From: Pseudobdellovibrionaceae bacterium | GTDB lineage: Bacteria; Bdellovibrionota; Bdellovibrionia; Bdellovibrionales; UBA1609 | NCBI GenBank assembly: GCA_020635055.1 | Contig: JACKAN010000012.1 | Location: forward strand, 38,672 to 102,671 | Reading direction: 5' to 3' | DNA length: 64,000 nt | In this document: piece by piece, positions 1 through 8,117 of the stretch | How positions within the stretch are numbered: the first letter of the stretch is position 1 | Layout: every line of letters starts with the position of its first letter | Made by a program: the position numbers and the translations under genes | Notes under the pieces: model-generated | The model's input: the letters and a program-made list of their open reading frames with translations, nothing else | What the model was told of the DNA's origin: nothing | Databases searched by the model: none

Positions 1-1
1 C

Positions 2-730
2 AATCCTGAAAAATCAGAGATTATGAGTGAATTTGTAGCTGCCGTAGAAAATATAAGTGCCGCTTGTAAAGCTTTAGATACACCCGTAATTTCTGGGAAT
101 GTGAGTTTCTATAATGAGACTCAAGGGCAAAATATTATTTCCACTCCGGCAACAGGTGTGGTTGGACTTAAGGAAGATATAAAAAATATTCCACGTGATT
201 GCTTTGTAAAAGCCTCTTCACAAATTTATTTGCTTCGACTGCCTCAGCTGCACATTAGTGGACAAACGGCGCTTCAACAAAAAAGAAATGTCACAGGTCA
301 TGGAAAAATTGAAGTAAACGCTTGTGCACAATTTGTTAAGCAAGTGAGAGAGATGTCTCAACTCCCAGGAGTAGAGGCTACGAAAGTCTGCGGAAAGTTG
401 GGCTTGGCTTACACTCTTTCACGCATGTGTACGACAAAGTTAGGCTTCCGCGCAGAGAAAGGTTTATTTTTGGGGGAAGAGGAAAGCAATGCCCATTGGT
501 TTACGGAAAATCTTTACGAAGTAATTTTTGTTTTAGAAAAAGACAGCGCTGAAAATTTTGCTAAATCTTGGGCTAATTTAAGAAACTCGGAATCTACAGA
601 CAAACTATGGAGAATGGGTGAAGTGACTGAAGGAGAAGTGAGTTTTTCAGGTGAAGCACATATAAATGTAGAACAACTCTTAACAGCATATAATGAGGGA
701 TGGAGACAAAATTTTGAAAGCTTGGCGTGA
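2..730 (+). CDS. purL: Phosphoribosylformylglycinamidine synthase subunit PurL, C-terminal part (5' end outside the window)
   Basis: The frame is open from the window edge. The ISGNVSFYNET and TPATGVVG segments are typical of PurL, and purF follows directly. Confidence 0.8.
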   Translation, partial: NPEKSEIMSEFVAAVENISAACKALDTPVISGNVSFYNETQGQNIISTPATGVVGLKEDIKNIPRDCFVKASSQIYLLRLPQLHISGQTALQQKRNVTGHGKIEVNACAQFVKQVREMSQLPGVEATKVCGKLGLAYTLSRMCTTKLGFRAEKGLFLGEEESNAHWFTENLYEVIFVLEKDSAENFAKSWANLRNSESTDKLWRMGEVTEGEVSFSGEAHINVEQLLTAYNEGWRQNFESLA

Positions 731-2093
731 GGAATGTGCGGTATTTGGAACCTGGGGAGATCAAGAAGCTGGACGTATGACTTATTTGGGTCTCTATGCC
801 CAACAACATCGGGGACAAGAGGCCACAGGAATAGTTAATTTACAGGCAGATGGAAAGCATTGGGTCCATAAGGGTTTTGGTTTAGTTGGTGATGTCTATC
901 AAGAAGAACACTTAGAGAAAATGCAGGGTACAGCAGCCATTGGCCACGTTAGATATTCTACTACAGGTGAAAATCAACTCACTAATATTCAACCTCTTAC
1001 TGCAAATTTGAACACAGGTAATGTGGCACTAGCTCATAATGGAAATATTGTAAATGCTCATTTACTTAAAAAGAAACTCAAGTTAGAGGGAGCTATTTTC
1101 CAGGGGACTAATGATACCGAATGCTTGCTCCACATGTTGGCGAGGCATCCCAGTCAAGATCCTATTGTCTGTTTGAAAGACACTCTTCCACAATTGGAGG
1201 GGGCATTCAGTATGGTCATGTTGACTGAAAAAAGATTAATAGCTTGTCGCGATCCTTGGGGCTTTCGCCCTTTAGTTTTAGGTAGAAGACTTCAAGATGA
1301 TGGCTCGCAGGCCGTGGTGATTGCTTCAGAAACCTGTGCCTTTGACCTTATAGGAGCTAGGTACGAAAGAGAAATTGAGCCTGGTGAGATCTTTTGGGTG
1401 GATGCACAGGGGGAACACAGCGAGCGATTTGCCAAAGTTAATAATCCAACAGCATTTTGTGTTTTTGAACATGTTTATTTTTCCAGGCCAGACTCCTTGG
1501 TATTTGGTGAAAGCGTTTATGAAGCCAGAAAAAAAATGGGCAGCAAGTTAGCTACCGAGTATCCTATAGAGGCTGATGTTGTGATTCCAGTTCCAGATAG
1601 CGGAGTGCCTGCGGCCATTGGTTATTCAGTTCAGAGTGGCATTCCTTTTGAATTAGGTATTATTCGCAACCACTATATAGGAAGAACTTTTATACAGCCC
1701 AGTCAATCCATTCGCAGTTTTGGTGTAAAAATAAAACTCAATCCTCAAGCAGCAGTGCTTAAGGGCAAAAGAGTTGTGGTGATTGATGATTCCTTGGTTC
1801 GAGGGACGACTAGCCAAAAGATCATTCGATTAGTAAGGCAAGCCGGGGCCAAAGAAGTGCATTTTCGTATTGCCTCACCCCCTACGACAGGTCCATGTTA
1901 TTATGGAGTGGATACACCTAGGCGCGAGCAACTGATTGCCTCTATGAAATCTGTAGAGGAAATTCGCATATTTATTGATGCCGACACACTGGCTTATCTT
2001 TCTGTAGAGGGGATGATGGAAGCTGTGGGTGGAAATAAAACAGGCTATTGTGCCGCTTGTTTTAACGGTGAATATCCTACAAGTCTATTCTAA
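693..2093 (+). CDS. purF: Amidophosphoribosyltransferase (glutamine PRPP amidotransferase) with an N-terminal propeptide
   Basis: The CAVFGTWG nucleophile-Cys motif follows a 14-aa leader (MRDGDKILKAWREE), as in the B. subtilis-type PurF propeptide. A PRPP-binding VVVIDDSLVRGTTS motif and C-terminal Cys residues (CYYGVD, CAACFNGEYP) of the Fe-S type are present. The gene overlaps the purL end by 38 nt. Confidence 0.93.
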   Translation: MRDGDKILKAWREECAVFGTWGDQEAGRMTYLGLYAQQHRGQEATGIVNLQADGKHWVHKGFGLVGDVYQEEHLEKMQGTAAIGHVRYSTTGENQLTNIQPLTANLNTGNVALAHNGNIVNAHLLKKKLKLEGAIFQGTNDTECLLHMLARHPSQDPIVCLKDTLPQLEGAFSMVMLTEKRLIACRDPWGFRPLVLGRRLQDDGSQAVVIASETCAFDLIGARYEREIEPGEIFWVDAQGEHSERFAKVNNPTAFCVFEHVYFSRPDSLVFGESVYEARKKMGSKLATEYPIEADVVIPVPDSGVPAAIGYSVQSGIPFELGIIRNHYIGRTFIQPSQSIRSFGVKIKLNPQAAVLKGKRVVVIDDSLVRGTTSQKIIRLVRQAGAKEVHFRIASPPTTGPCYYGVDTPRREQLIASMKSVEEIRIFIDADTLAYLSVEGMMEAVGGNKTGYCAACFNGEYPTSLF

Positions 2094-2164
2094 AAAGTTA
2101 ACTTTTTGACCCTGTTGTGTTAAAATAAACAACATAAGTAAAAAGTATGTAAAAGGAAGATGAC

Positions 2165-3352
2165 TTGGGTTCTGTTAAACTATTGATTTTATTGATAATT
2201 AGCCTGGGCACGCCTATGGCTTTTGGTCAATCACCCACAGAATCTAATGCTGCAAGGGATGCCGATAGGGCAATCAATAATAATCCTACAAATTCTGAGG
2301 GAAAATTCTTTAGTGATACCCACTTGTGTGATGATGTGTTGGGTGAGCGTTGGCCAATTATACAAAATGGAATTAAATATGAAGTGAGAGTTGCCGAAGA
2401 TCCCATTGATGGCCTTCATCCTGTATTGATCAGAATTCCAGTAAATCCCGATGGAAGCTATAAGTTAGATGTGGAGGGTAAGGTAATTCGTTCTATAAAA
2501 CCCCTTGCCGTTGATGACTTAACGGGTTCGTTATTGGCATCAGAAGCCACAGTTAAAAACATTATGAATATGTTGATTAATCATGCTAGTCGTTCGAAAG
2601 AGAGAATGGCCTTTGTTTTTATTGATTTAAATGATCTCAAATTTGTTAATAATTTTGTTAATAAACAAGTGGATGGAGATAGCTATATCAGAATAGTTAG
2701 TGAGGTGGTTAGAAGTGTTTGTCAGATGATCGACTATAAAGGCGCTTGTTCCATTGATGGTAAAGCAAGAAAGCAAGAGGATATTGATTGGGTATTTAGA
2801 GATGGTGGTGACGAGTTGGTGCTTTTAGTGCCTAATGTGAGTTCCAGTCAGCTTGTTAAAATTATGGAAAGAATTCGCGAAAAATTGTTGATAGATACAA
2901 ATGCACATGCCATTTTTGAAAGACAGCGAGCACATACTAAAAAGATGCTATACAATGCCCTCAATAGATTAAATGATAATATAAAATTAAAAATAGAAAG
3001 TTTACTGGGAAAAAACTTCAACCAATTTGATGAGTTAAAACAGGCCTTACTAAACATTGACGTTAAAAACAAACACCTAATTGATTTGATTAAAAATTTT
3101 GATACAGCAAGAAGGCTTCATCCTTCAGTTTCAATGGGTTCTGCTTTTATTGGCAGAAGAGACAACTACAATACTTTAAAGAAGCGAACAAGTAGACAGG
3201 CATATTCTATAAAAGCTGATTACAAAAGAAGAATGGGTTTAGAACCTGGAAAGTACGGTGTTGAAACAAGCAACACTACGGATTTAATTGTATATCGTGA
3301 TGGAGAGATTCCTCTGATTGAAATCCGCAAACCACTCCGTCCATTAAAATAG
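2165..3352 (+). CDS. GGDEF-family (GGDEL variant) nucleotide cyclase-like protein with a predicted Sec signal peptide
   Basis: A TTG start lies 5 nt after the AGGAAG RBS (2154-2159). The N-terminus MGSVKLLILLIISLGTPMAFG-QS looks like a signal peptide. Palm-domain motifs are FVFIDLNDLKFVNN...GDSYIRIV and FRDGGDELVLLVP, followed by an insertion of about 85 aa and then SVSMGSAFIG. Confidence 0.6.
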   Translation: MGSVKLLILLIISLGTPMAFGQSPTESNAARDADRAINNNPTNSEGKFFSDTHLCDDVLGERWPIIQNGIKYEVRVAEDPIDGLHPVLIRIPVNPDGSYKLDVEGKVIRSIKPLAVDDLTGSLLASEATVKNIMNMLINHASRSKERMAFVFIDLNDLKFVNNFVNKQVDGDSYIRIVSEVVRSVCQMIDYKGACSIDGKARKQEDIDWVFRDGGDELVLLVPNVSSSQLVKIMERIREKLLIDTNAHAIFERQRAHTKKMLYNALNRLNDNIKLKIESLLGKNFNQFDELKQALLNIDVKNKHLIDLIKNFDTARRLHPSVSMGSAFIGRRDNYNTLKKRTSRQAYSIKADYKRRMGLEPGKYGVETSNTTDLIVYRDGEIPLIEIRKPLRPLK

Positions 3353-3389
3353 TGCCAGGTTCCGAATCCGGGTCACAGCGAGTCAGATT
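3350..3389. repeat. Solo copy of the IS630/Tc1-like terminal repeat (copy A). Its first 3 nt are the TAG stop of the upstream gene.
   Basis: TAGTGCCAGGTTCCGAATCCGGGTCACAGCGAGTCAGATT is near-identical to 5284-5323 and 8115-8154. Similarity ends after about 40 nt. Confidence 0.75.
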
Positions 3390-3396
3390 TTTATTA

Positions 3397-3455
3397 AAAG
3401 GTACCAAGTCCCTTTTTACGTTTCACCGCAATGTAAAAAGGGACTTGGTACCTTT
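3397..3455. repeat. 59-bp palindromic hairpin element (REP-like or bidirectional terminator-like), copy 1, with the loop inverted relative to copies 2 and 3
   Basis: The sequence is AAAGGTACCAAGTCCCTTTTTACGT-TTCACCGCA-ATGTAAAAAGGGACTTGGTACCTTT. The 23-bp outer stem is identical to the copies at 10529 and 31493. Confidence 0.9.
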
Positions 3456-3504
3456 GTTGAAGACTTTATTGACGAACAGGCAATGTAGGTTCTAAATAGG
3501 CCAA

Positions 3505-5286
3505 GTGAAGCCAACTGAATTTTTAGACATACCCACCATCACTAGAAAAGCCCTTCGTGAAATACCAAAATCATGGAATTGGTTACTCAAACCAGAAATT
3601 CAACAGTTCACAAATAGAGAAATTATTCAGTTAAATACCTTAGCCATACTTGTAGGCGTGTTAACGGGCTATGCAGGTATAGGTTTTCGTTACATGATTG
3701 GTGCCATGCAAAATTTAATTTTGTATGGCCAATGGGACTATCATTTAATCTCTCCGATGGATCATATCCGTGGTTATTGGATGTTTTTAATACTGCCTGC
3801 CAGTTTAGTTGTCTCTACTTTGCTCACAAAGTATTTTGCTCCTGAAGCTAGAGGACACGGTATTCCAGAAGTTATTCAGTCGGTTTGGGGAAGGGGCGGG
3901 AAGATTCGCAAAAGAATTGTCGCCTTAAAAGCCTTAGCATCTAGCATAACTATTGCTAGTGGTGGTTCTGTAGGTCGTGAAGGGCCCATTGTGCAAATAG
4001 GCTCGGCTATAGGTTCTTCACTGGGACAGCTTTTACACTTGAAACCGGCCATTCTGAAAACTTTAGTTGGATGTGGGGCGGCAGGGGCTATTGCATCGAC
4101 CTTTAATACCCCAATTGCAGGAGTGATTTTTGCTATCGAAATTATTGTACTTGAACTTAAAACAAAATCATTTGTGCCTTTAGTGATTTCTTCGGTGTTT
4201 GCAACAGTTATTGCTCGTTTATATATTGGCAATGAACCCGCTTTTTTTGTACCTGAACATTCATTGAAAAGTCCAAATGAATTGATTTTCTATTTATTTT
4301 TAGGTGTTTTGTCTGGGATTGTTGGAGTCATTGTTATTAAAACACTTTATGGAATTGAAGACTTTTTTGACAACTTAGAGATTCCATTTCTTTTTAAACC
4401 AATAATTGCAGGAGTGATAGTCGCAGCTATTGGTATGAAATTCCCCCATGTATTAAGTGTGGGTTATGAGGCTGTAAGCTCTGTTTTACAACAAAAAAGT
4501 GAATTGAGTTTGATGTTAGCCTTAGTGTTTTTGAAGATGATTTCTATGAGTGTGACCCTAGCCGGTGGCGGATCTGGAGGAGTGTTTTCACCTTCTCTTT
4601 ACATCGGTGCTATGCTGGGTGGAAGTTATGGTTATGTGGTACATTATTTTTTTCCAGAAATGACCTCTAACTATGGTGCCTACGCTTTAGTAGGGATGGC
4701 AGCACTATTTTCGGCAACAGCGAGGGCCACTTTTACGGCGATTGTTATTTTGTTTGAAATGACCTTGGATTATTCAATTATTTTACCATTAATGTTTGTA
4801 TGTGTTACCGCTGATCAGGTGGCATGGTTTTTTTCTAAAGATTCTATTTATTCACTAAAACTTAGAAGGTCGGGTATTAAATTTGCGACAGACATATCTG
4901 TAAATGTCATGTCGATGACAGTTATTAAAGATATCATGACTACGGAGCTGCACAAAGCCATTGGCACCATGACGATTATAGAAACGGCAAATAAACTTTT
5001 GCAACATAATCATTCCATATATCCTGTGGTTAATGAAGAAGGTATTTTAACCGGCTTGTTAACCCATGAAAAATTAGTACAACTATCTAAAAAACATCCT
5101 AAGGCTTTGGTTTCTGAAGTGCAGCAAGAAGCAAAAGCGGTAGTACATATGAATGACTCAGCGATTGATGCATTGGCTAAGATTGAAAAAAGTCGAGATC
5201 CACGAATTCTTGTGGTGGACTCAGTCAAAGGCAAACTCGTCGGCGTTGTTAGCCCCATAGATTTCGTAAGACTAAATATCGAATAG
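3505..5286 (+). CDS. ClC-family voltage-gated chloride channel / H+-Cl- antiporter with a C-terminal CBS pair
   Basis: ClC signature segments GSVGREGP and GGVFSPSL are present, with multiple TM helices and a C-terminal CBS-like region (IMTTEL...YPVVNEEGILTGLL...). The start is GTG. Confidence 0.9.
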   Translation: MKPTEFLDIPTITRKALREIPKSWNWLLKPEIQQFTNREIIQLNTLAILVGVLTGYAGIGFRYMIGAMQNLILYGQWDYHLISPMDHIRGYWMFLILPASLVVSTLLTKYFAPEARGHGIPEVIQSVWGRGGKIRKRIVALKALASSITIASGGSVGREGPIVQIGSAIGSSLGQLLHLKPAILKTLVGCGAAGAIASTFNTPIAGVIFAIEIIVLELKTKSFVPLVISSVFATVIARLYIGNEPAFFVPEHSLKSPNELIFYLFLGVLSGIVGVIVIKTLYGIEDFFDNLEIPFLFKPIIAGVIVAAIGMKFPHVLSVGYEAVSSVLQQKSELSLMLALVFLKMISMSVTLAGGGSGGVFSPSLYIGAMLGGSYGYVVHYFFPEMTSNYGAYALVGMAALFSATARATFTAIVILFEMTLDYSIILPLMFVCVTADQVAWFFSKDSIYSLKLRRSGIKFATDISVNVMSMTVIKDIMTTELHKAIGTMTIIETANKLLQHNHSIYPVVNEEGILTGLLTHEKLVQLSKKHPKALVSEVQQEAKAVVHMNDSAIDALAKIEKSRDPRILVVDSVKGKLVGVVSPIDFVRLNIE

Positions 5287-5447
5287 TGCCAGGTTCCGAA
5301 TCCGGGTCACAGTGAGTCAGATTCTTAGTGATAAGACCGTTTAGTACGTTTATCATTGGCGATTTGAAATTCAGATTTTCTCATCGTGATTCCCACTGTT
5401 AACTAATAATCAAAATCTGTGTTGGAATTTAACCAACTTTGAGTAGA

Positions 5448-6811
5448 GAGATATTTTAAAATGTTGTGGATTAGTTATCCAGCGACAACCTTTTCGGTTT
5501 TTTTATCTTCTACAATAATGCCATCCTTGTAAGCAACCCCATTTAATAGCTTTGTAAACTCTTTAACCCCACATAATCTTAGCCAGTGGCTTTCACATTG
5601 TTTTAACAACTTAAAAGTCATGGCCGTAGCAGAGTTAATACTGCCGGCACCCTTAGTTGATTTTAAACGACTCTTTACTCCAGCAAATGATGACTCTATA
5701 GGGTTACTAGTTCTTATGCTACGCCAGTGTGCTGCTGGGAAATCAAAAAAATTATTTAATTCATTCCAGTTTTTAGTTAAACAAGTAACCATCTTTGGAT
5801 ATTTATTTTCATAAGCTTTTGAAAAATTATTTTTTATTTTAGTCGCTGTTTCTTTATCTGGTGCCCGCATCATTTCATGTAACTGTGATTTAATTGCTGG
5901 CTGAAGTTTTTTAGGACACTTATCTAATACATTGGCTATCTTATGTACCCAGCAACGCTGGTGTTTTGTTTTTTTAAATTCTTCTAAACTTTCAAGGGCT
6001 GACCAAAATCCTAAAGCCCCATCTGCTATAGCCAATAGAGGACAGTTTAAACCCCTGGCTATTAAAGACCTTAATACAACTAACCAGGACTCCTTAGACT
6101 CCCTGTAACCGGCTTCTACAGCTAATAATTTCTTTTCACCATCTTGAGTTACACCCATGATTACCAACAAGTTTAAACGCTTGTCTTCTCCGATTCGAAT
6201 AGATACATTGACCCCATCAGCCCAGAGGTAAACAAACTCATCTGTGATTTTACTTTTTTTCCATACCTGATACTCCTCCTCCCAGCGTCTTTTTAATTTA
6301 CTAATACTTCCTGCTGAAAGGCCTTGAGAAAAATGATCCTTTAATATTTTATCAAATTTATTTGTTGAAACACCTGATAAGTAAAGTGCGGGAATTAAAC
6401 TCTCTATTTTGGGGGACCGTCTTATATAAGCTGGTAATAAATTAGAGGAAAACTTAAAGCCATCACGTTTGTCATTTACTCTAGGGGTCTTGATTTCAAT
6501 AGCACCAGCAGCTGTAGTGATTTTCCTAGACTTGCTGCTTCCATTTTTTACTACTAATCGGTGCCCAGAATCATCAATAAGGCTTTGATGATTATTAATA
6601 TACTCCTCAACTTCCAGCTGTAAAGCTTGTTGGAGCATCTTTTTGGCCCCTTCTTTAACTACATCATCTAAGTTGATTGATTCGGATTTTTCGGTTACTA
6701 TTTTTAGCATAGCGGCTCTCCTTTTGCTCATTTAATGAGCGGTTTTTAGTGAAACCTTAGGTTATGCCGCTATATTTTCTTTTTCAAATCCACAACATTC
6801 TGCAATATCTC
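5448..6811 (-). mobile_element. IS256-family insertion sequence, apparently intact (1364 bp)
   Basis: The 25-bp imperfect inverted repeats are GAGATATTTTAAAATGTTGTGGATT (5448-5472) and rc GAGATATTGCAGAATGTTGTGGATT (6787-6811), matching at 22/25. A perfect 9-bp direct repeat TTGAGTAGA lies at 5439-5447 and 6812-6820. Confidence 0.9.
5475..6731 (-). CDS. IS256-family (mutator-type) transposase
   Basis: An uninterrupted 418-aa ORF contains the family-typical segments LWADGVNVSIR and HQRCWVHKIANVLDKCPKK. Confidence 0.9.
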   Translation of the reverse strand: MSKRRAAMLKIVTEKSESINLDDVVKEGAKKMLQQALQLEVEEYINNHQSLIDDSGHRLVVKNGSSKSRKITTAAGAIEIKTPRVNDKRDGFKFSSNLLPAYIRRSPKIESLIPALYLSGVSTNKFDKILKDHFSQGLSAGSISKLKRRWEEEYQVWKKSKITDEFVYLWADGVNVSIRIGEDKRLNLLVIMGVTQDGEKKLLAVEAGYRESKESWLVVLRSLIARGLNCPLLAIADGALGFWSALESLEEFKKTKHQRCWVHKIANVLDKCPKKLQPAIKSQLHEMMRAPDKETATKIKNNFSKAYENKYPKMVTCLTKNWNELNNFFDFPAAHWRSIRTSNPIESSFAGVKSRLKSTKGAGSINSATAMTFKLLKQCESHWLRLCGVKEFTKLLNGVAYKDGIIVEDKKTEKVVAG

Positions 6812-7025
6812 TTGAGTAGATCAACTTTGATCAATGAGTTGTTTATAGCCTACGTCGATATTTCTCAAAATAAGACCAAAATCCCTGAATTTTTTAAAAT
6901 GTCTTAGTACATAGATAAATATAAATCATTTGTTAATGGATGGGTTTATGAAAAAGAAAATGAATTTTAAATATAACCGAAAAAATCTGGATTTTTAAGT
7001 TAAGCACAGGCTTTTTCATTGGAGG

Positions 7026-7175
7026 TCATTTATAATGAAAAATAAAAGAAATTTGGCTGCACTGTAATACCTTTGTGAGATCCTCTGGTCTCATTCTACT
7101 TTGAACCTGCATAAAGGCTATTATACCCTTTTTTTCTAAGATCTTATGATCAAGTTTTCGGCCATCTCGTTTCAT
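7026..7175 (-). pseudogene. N-terminal HTH fragment of the IS630-like transposase in relic B
   Basis: The fragment MKRDGRKLDHKILEKK...EDLTKVLQCSQ resembles the DGR-x-L-x-x-x-TLEE start of one IS630 subgroup. It is truncated after 49 codons. Confidence 0.5.
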
Positions 7176-7361
7176 AGAAAGGATTAAAAACAAAAAATTA
7201 GGAAATGTAACTTAAAATAACTTGCATACGTCCGAGTTAATAACTTCTAACTACAACCTACTTAGAGTGATTTTATGATGTGGTGCGGCCCGAATTTGGA
7301 ACCTGGCACATTTGTTCTAGATCAGCTATGATCGATCGAGATTTTTTTAATGGAGGGGAAA

Positions 7362-8117
7362 ATGTTTAATAAATATGTTATATGTGCGTTGTTATTTTTT
7401 GCAACAGGGTCTCACAGTTTAGCAGACTCTAAAATTACAACTATGCAAGATAGTTTGACTGGAATTATCGGTGATTTTTCGGCTGTGAATAGCCAGGAGG
7501 ATGATTCTAAGCCATTGGCAAGCTTAAACTCTCAATCAAATGAGAGTAAAGAAAATCGAATGAGTGAAAATCGAAGACGTGATAGACGCAGACTAAGAGA
7601 AAATAGTTGTTATTTAACATTTGCTTTTGAAAGGGATAACAATGGCAACTATTGTGAATCAGGATATGGGGTGGTTTATGATGGGGTCATACTAAATAAT
7701 TCCTGTTATTATAGTATTGAAACGGCACATAATGTTATTAATAATTCTAACGTATGCAGTTTGCCCACGCCTCTACGTGCGGGAAGATGCACATTACTTA
7801 GGCCTAACGAGAGGGATGATAACAGTAGATATTGTGATAAAGCATATGGTTTTATTTACGAAGGTCACATTGTAAATAACATGTGTTTTTATTCTGCAGA
7901 TCGTGCTGCTATTGAAATGCAGAACACCTCGGCCTGCTATTATAGACAACATATAGGAAGCTGTAGCTTAGCTATGCCTGGTGTTAGAGATGTGAATGGA
8001 AACTATTGTGATAATTCTTATGGAGTTATGTATAGGGGACACATTTTAGACAATAGCTGCTATTATAATTTGCAAGTCGCTCAAGAGAAAATGTACAATT
8101 ATAGCTTTTGCAATTAG
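7362..8117 (+). CDS. Secreted Cys-rich protein with three tandem domains of about 55 aa and 4 Cys each
   Basis: The RBS GGAGGGG (7352-7358) precedes ATG 7362, and the signal peptide is MFNKYVICALLFFATGSHSLA. The repeated unit C-x(10-11)-NYC-x3-YG-x-(V/I/M)Y-x-G-x-I(L/V)-(N/D)N-x-C(Y/F)YS/N...C occurs three times. I recognise no family. Confidence 0.7.
   Translation: MFNKYVICALLFFATGSHSLADSKITTMQDSLTGIIGDFSAVNSQEDDSKPLASLNSQSNESKENRMSENRRRDRRRLRENSCYLTFAFERDNNGNYCESGYGVVYDGVILNNSCYYSIETAHNVINNSNVCSLPTPLRAGRCTLLRPNERDDNSRYCDKAYGFIYEGHIVNNMCFYSADRAAIEMQNTSACYYRQHIGSCSLAMPGVRDVNGNYCDNSYGVMYRGHILDNSCYYNLQVAQEKMYNYSFCN

Larger units (their letters stand above)
5284..7310 (-). mobile_element. Internally deleted IS630/Tc1-mariner-like element (relic B) carrying a nested IS256-family insertion
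   Basis: The terminal repeat GTGCCAGGTTCCGAATCCGGGTCAC at 5286 has an inverted partner at 7283-7310 (rc TGTGCCAGGTTCCAAATTCGGGCCGCAC). An N-terminal HTH transposase fragment lies at 7026-7175 on the minus strand. A decayed C-terminal D-x-N-x-I-like segment lies around 6822-6900. The relic is about 650 bp without the IS256 insert. Confidence 0.7.

Noticed and set aside
3356-3376. The GGTTCCGAATCCGGG segment within the repeated 40-mer resembles a tRNA T-arm (GGTTCGAATCC), which suggested a tRNA fragment or tRNA-derived att site.
   Set aside because: It has an extra base relative to the T-loop consensus, its flanking arms are not complementary, and no acceptor or anticodon arm can be drawn. An inverted partner and transposase remnants explain it as an IS terminal repeat.
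5325-5384. A conserved 19-codon minus-strand ORF occurs in both relic copies: MRKSEFQIANDKRTKRSYH at 5325-5384 and MRKSEFQFAKDKRSNDLSA at 8155-8214.
   Set aside because: It is very short, has no convincing RBS, diverges completely after 13 residues and overlaps the hairpin. It is more likely chance or the remains of element-internal sequence. It remains the alternative explanation for the variable hairpin finding.
7302-7318. The TGGCAC inside the IS terminal repeat, facing the Cys-rich gene, was considered as an outward sigma-54 promoter.
   Set aside because: The -12 position reads TTCT rather than TTGC, so the invariant GC at GG-N10-GC spacing is missing.
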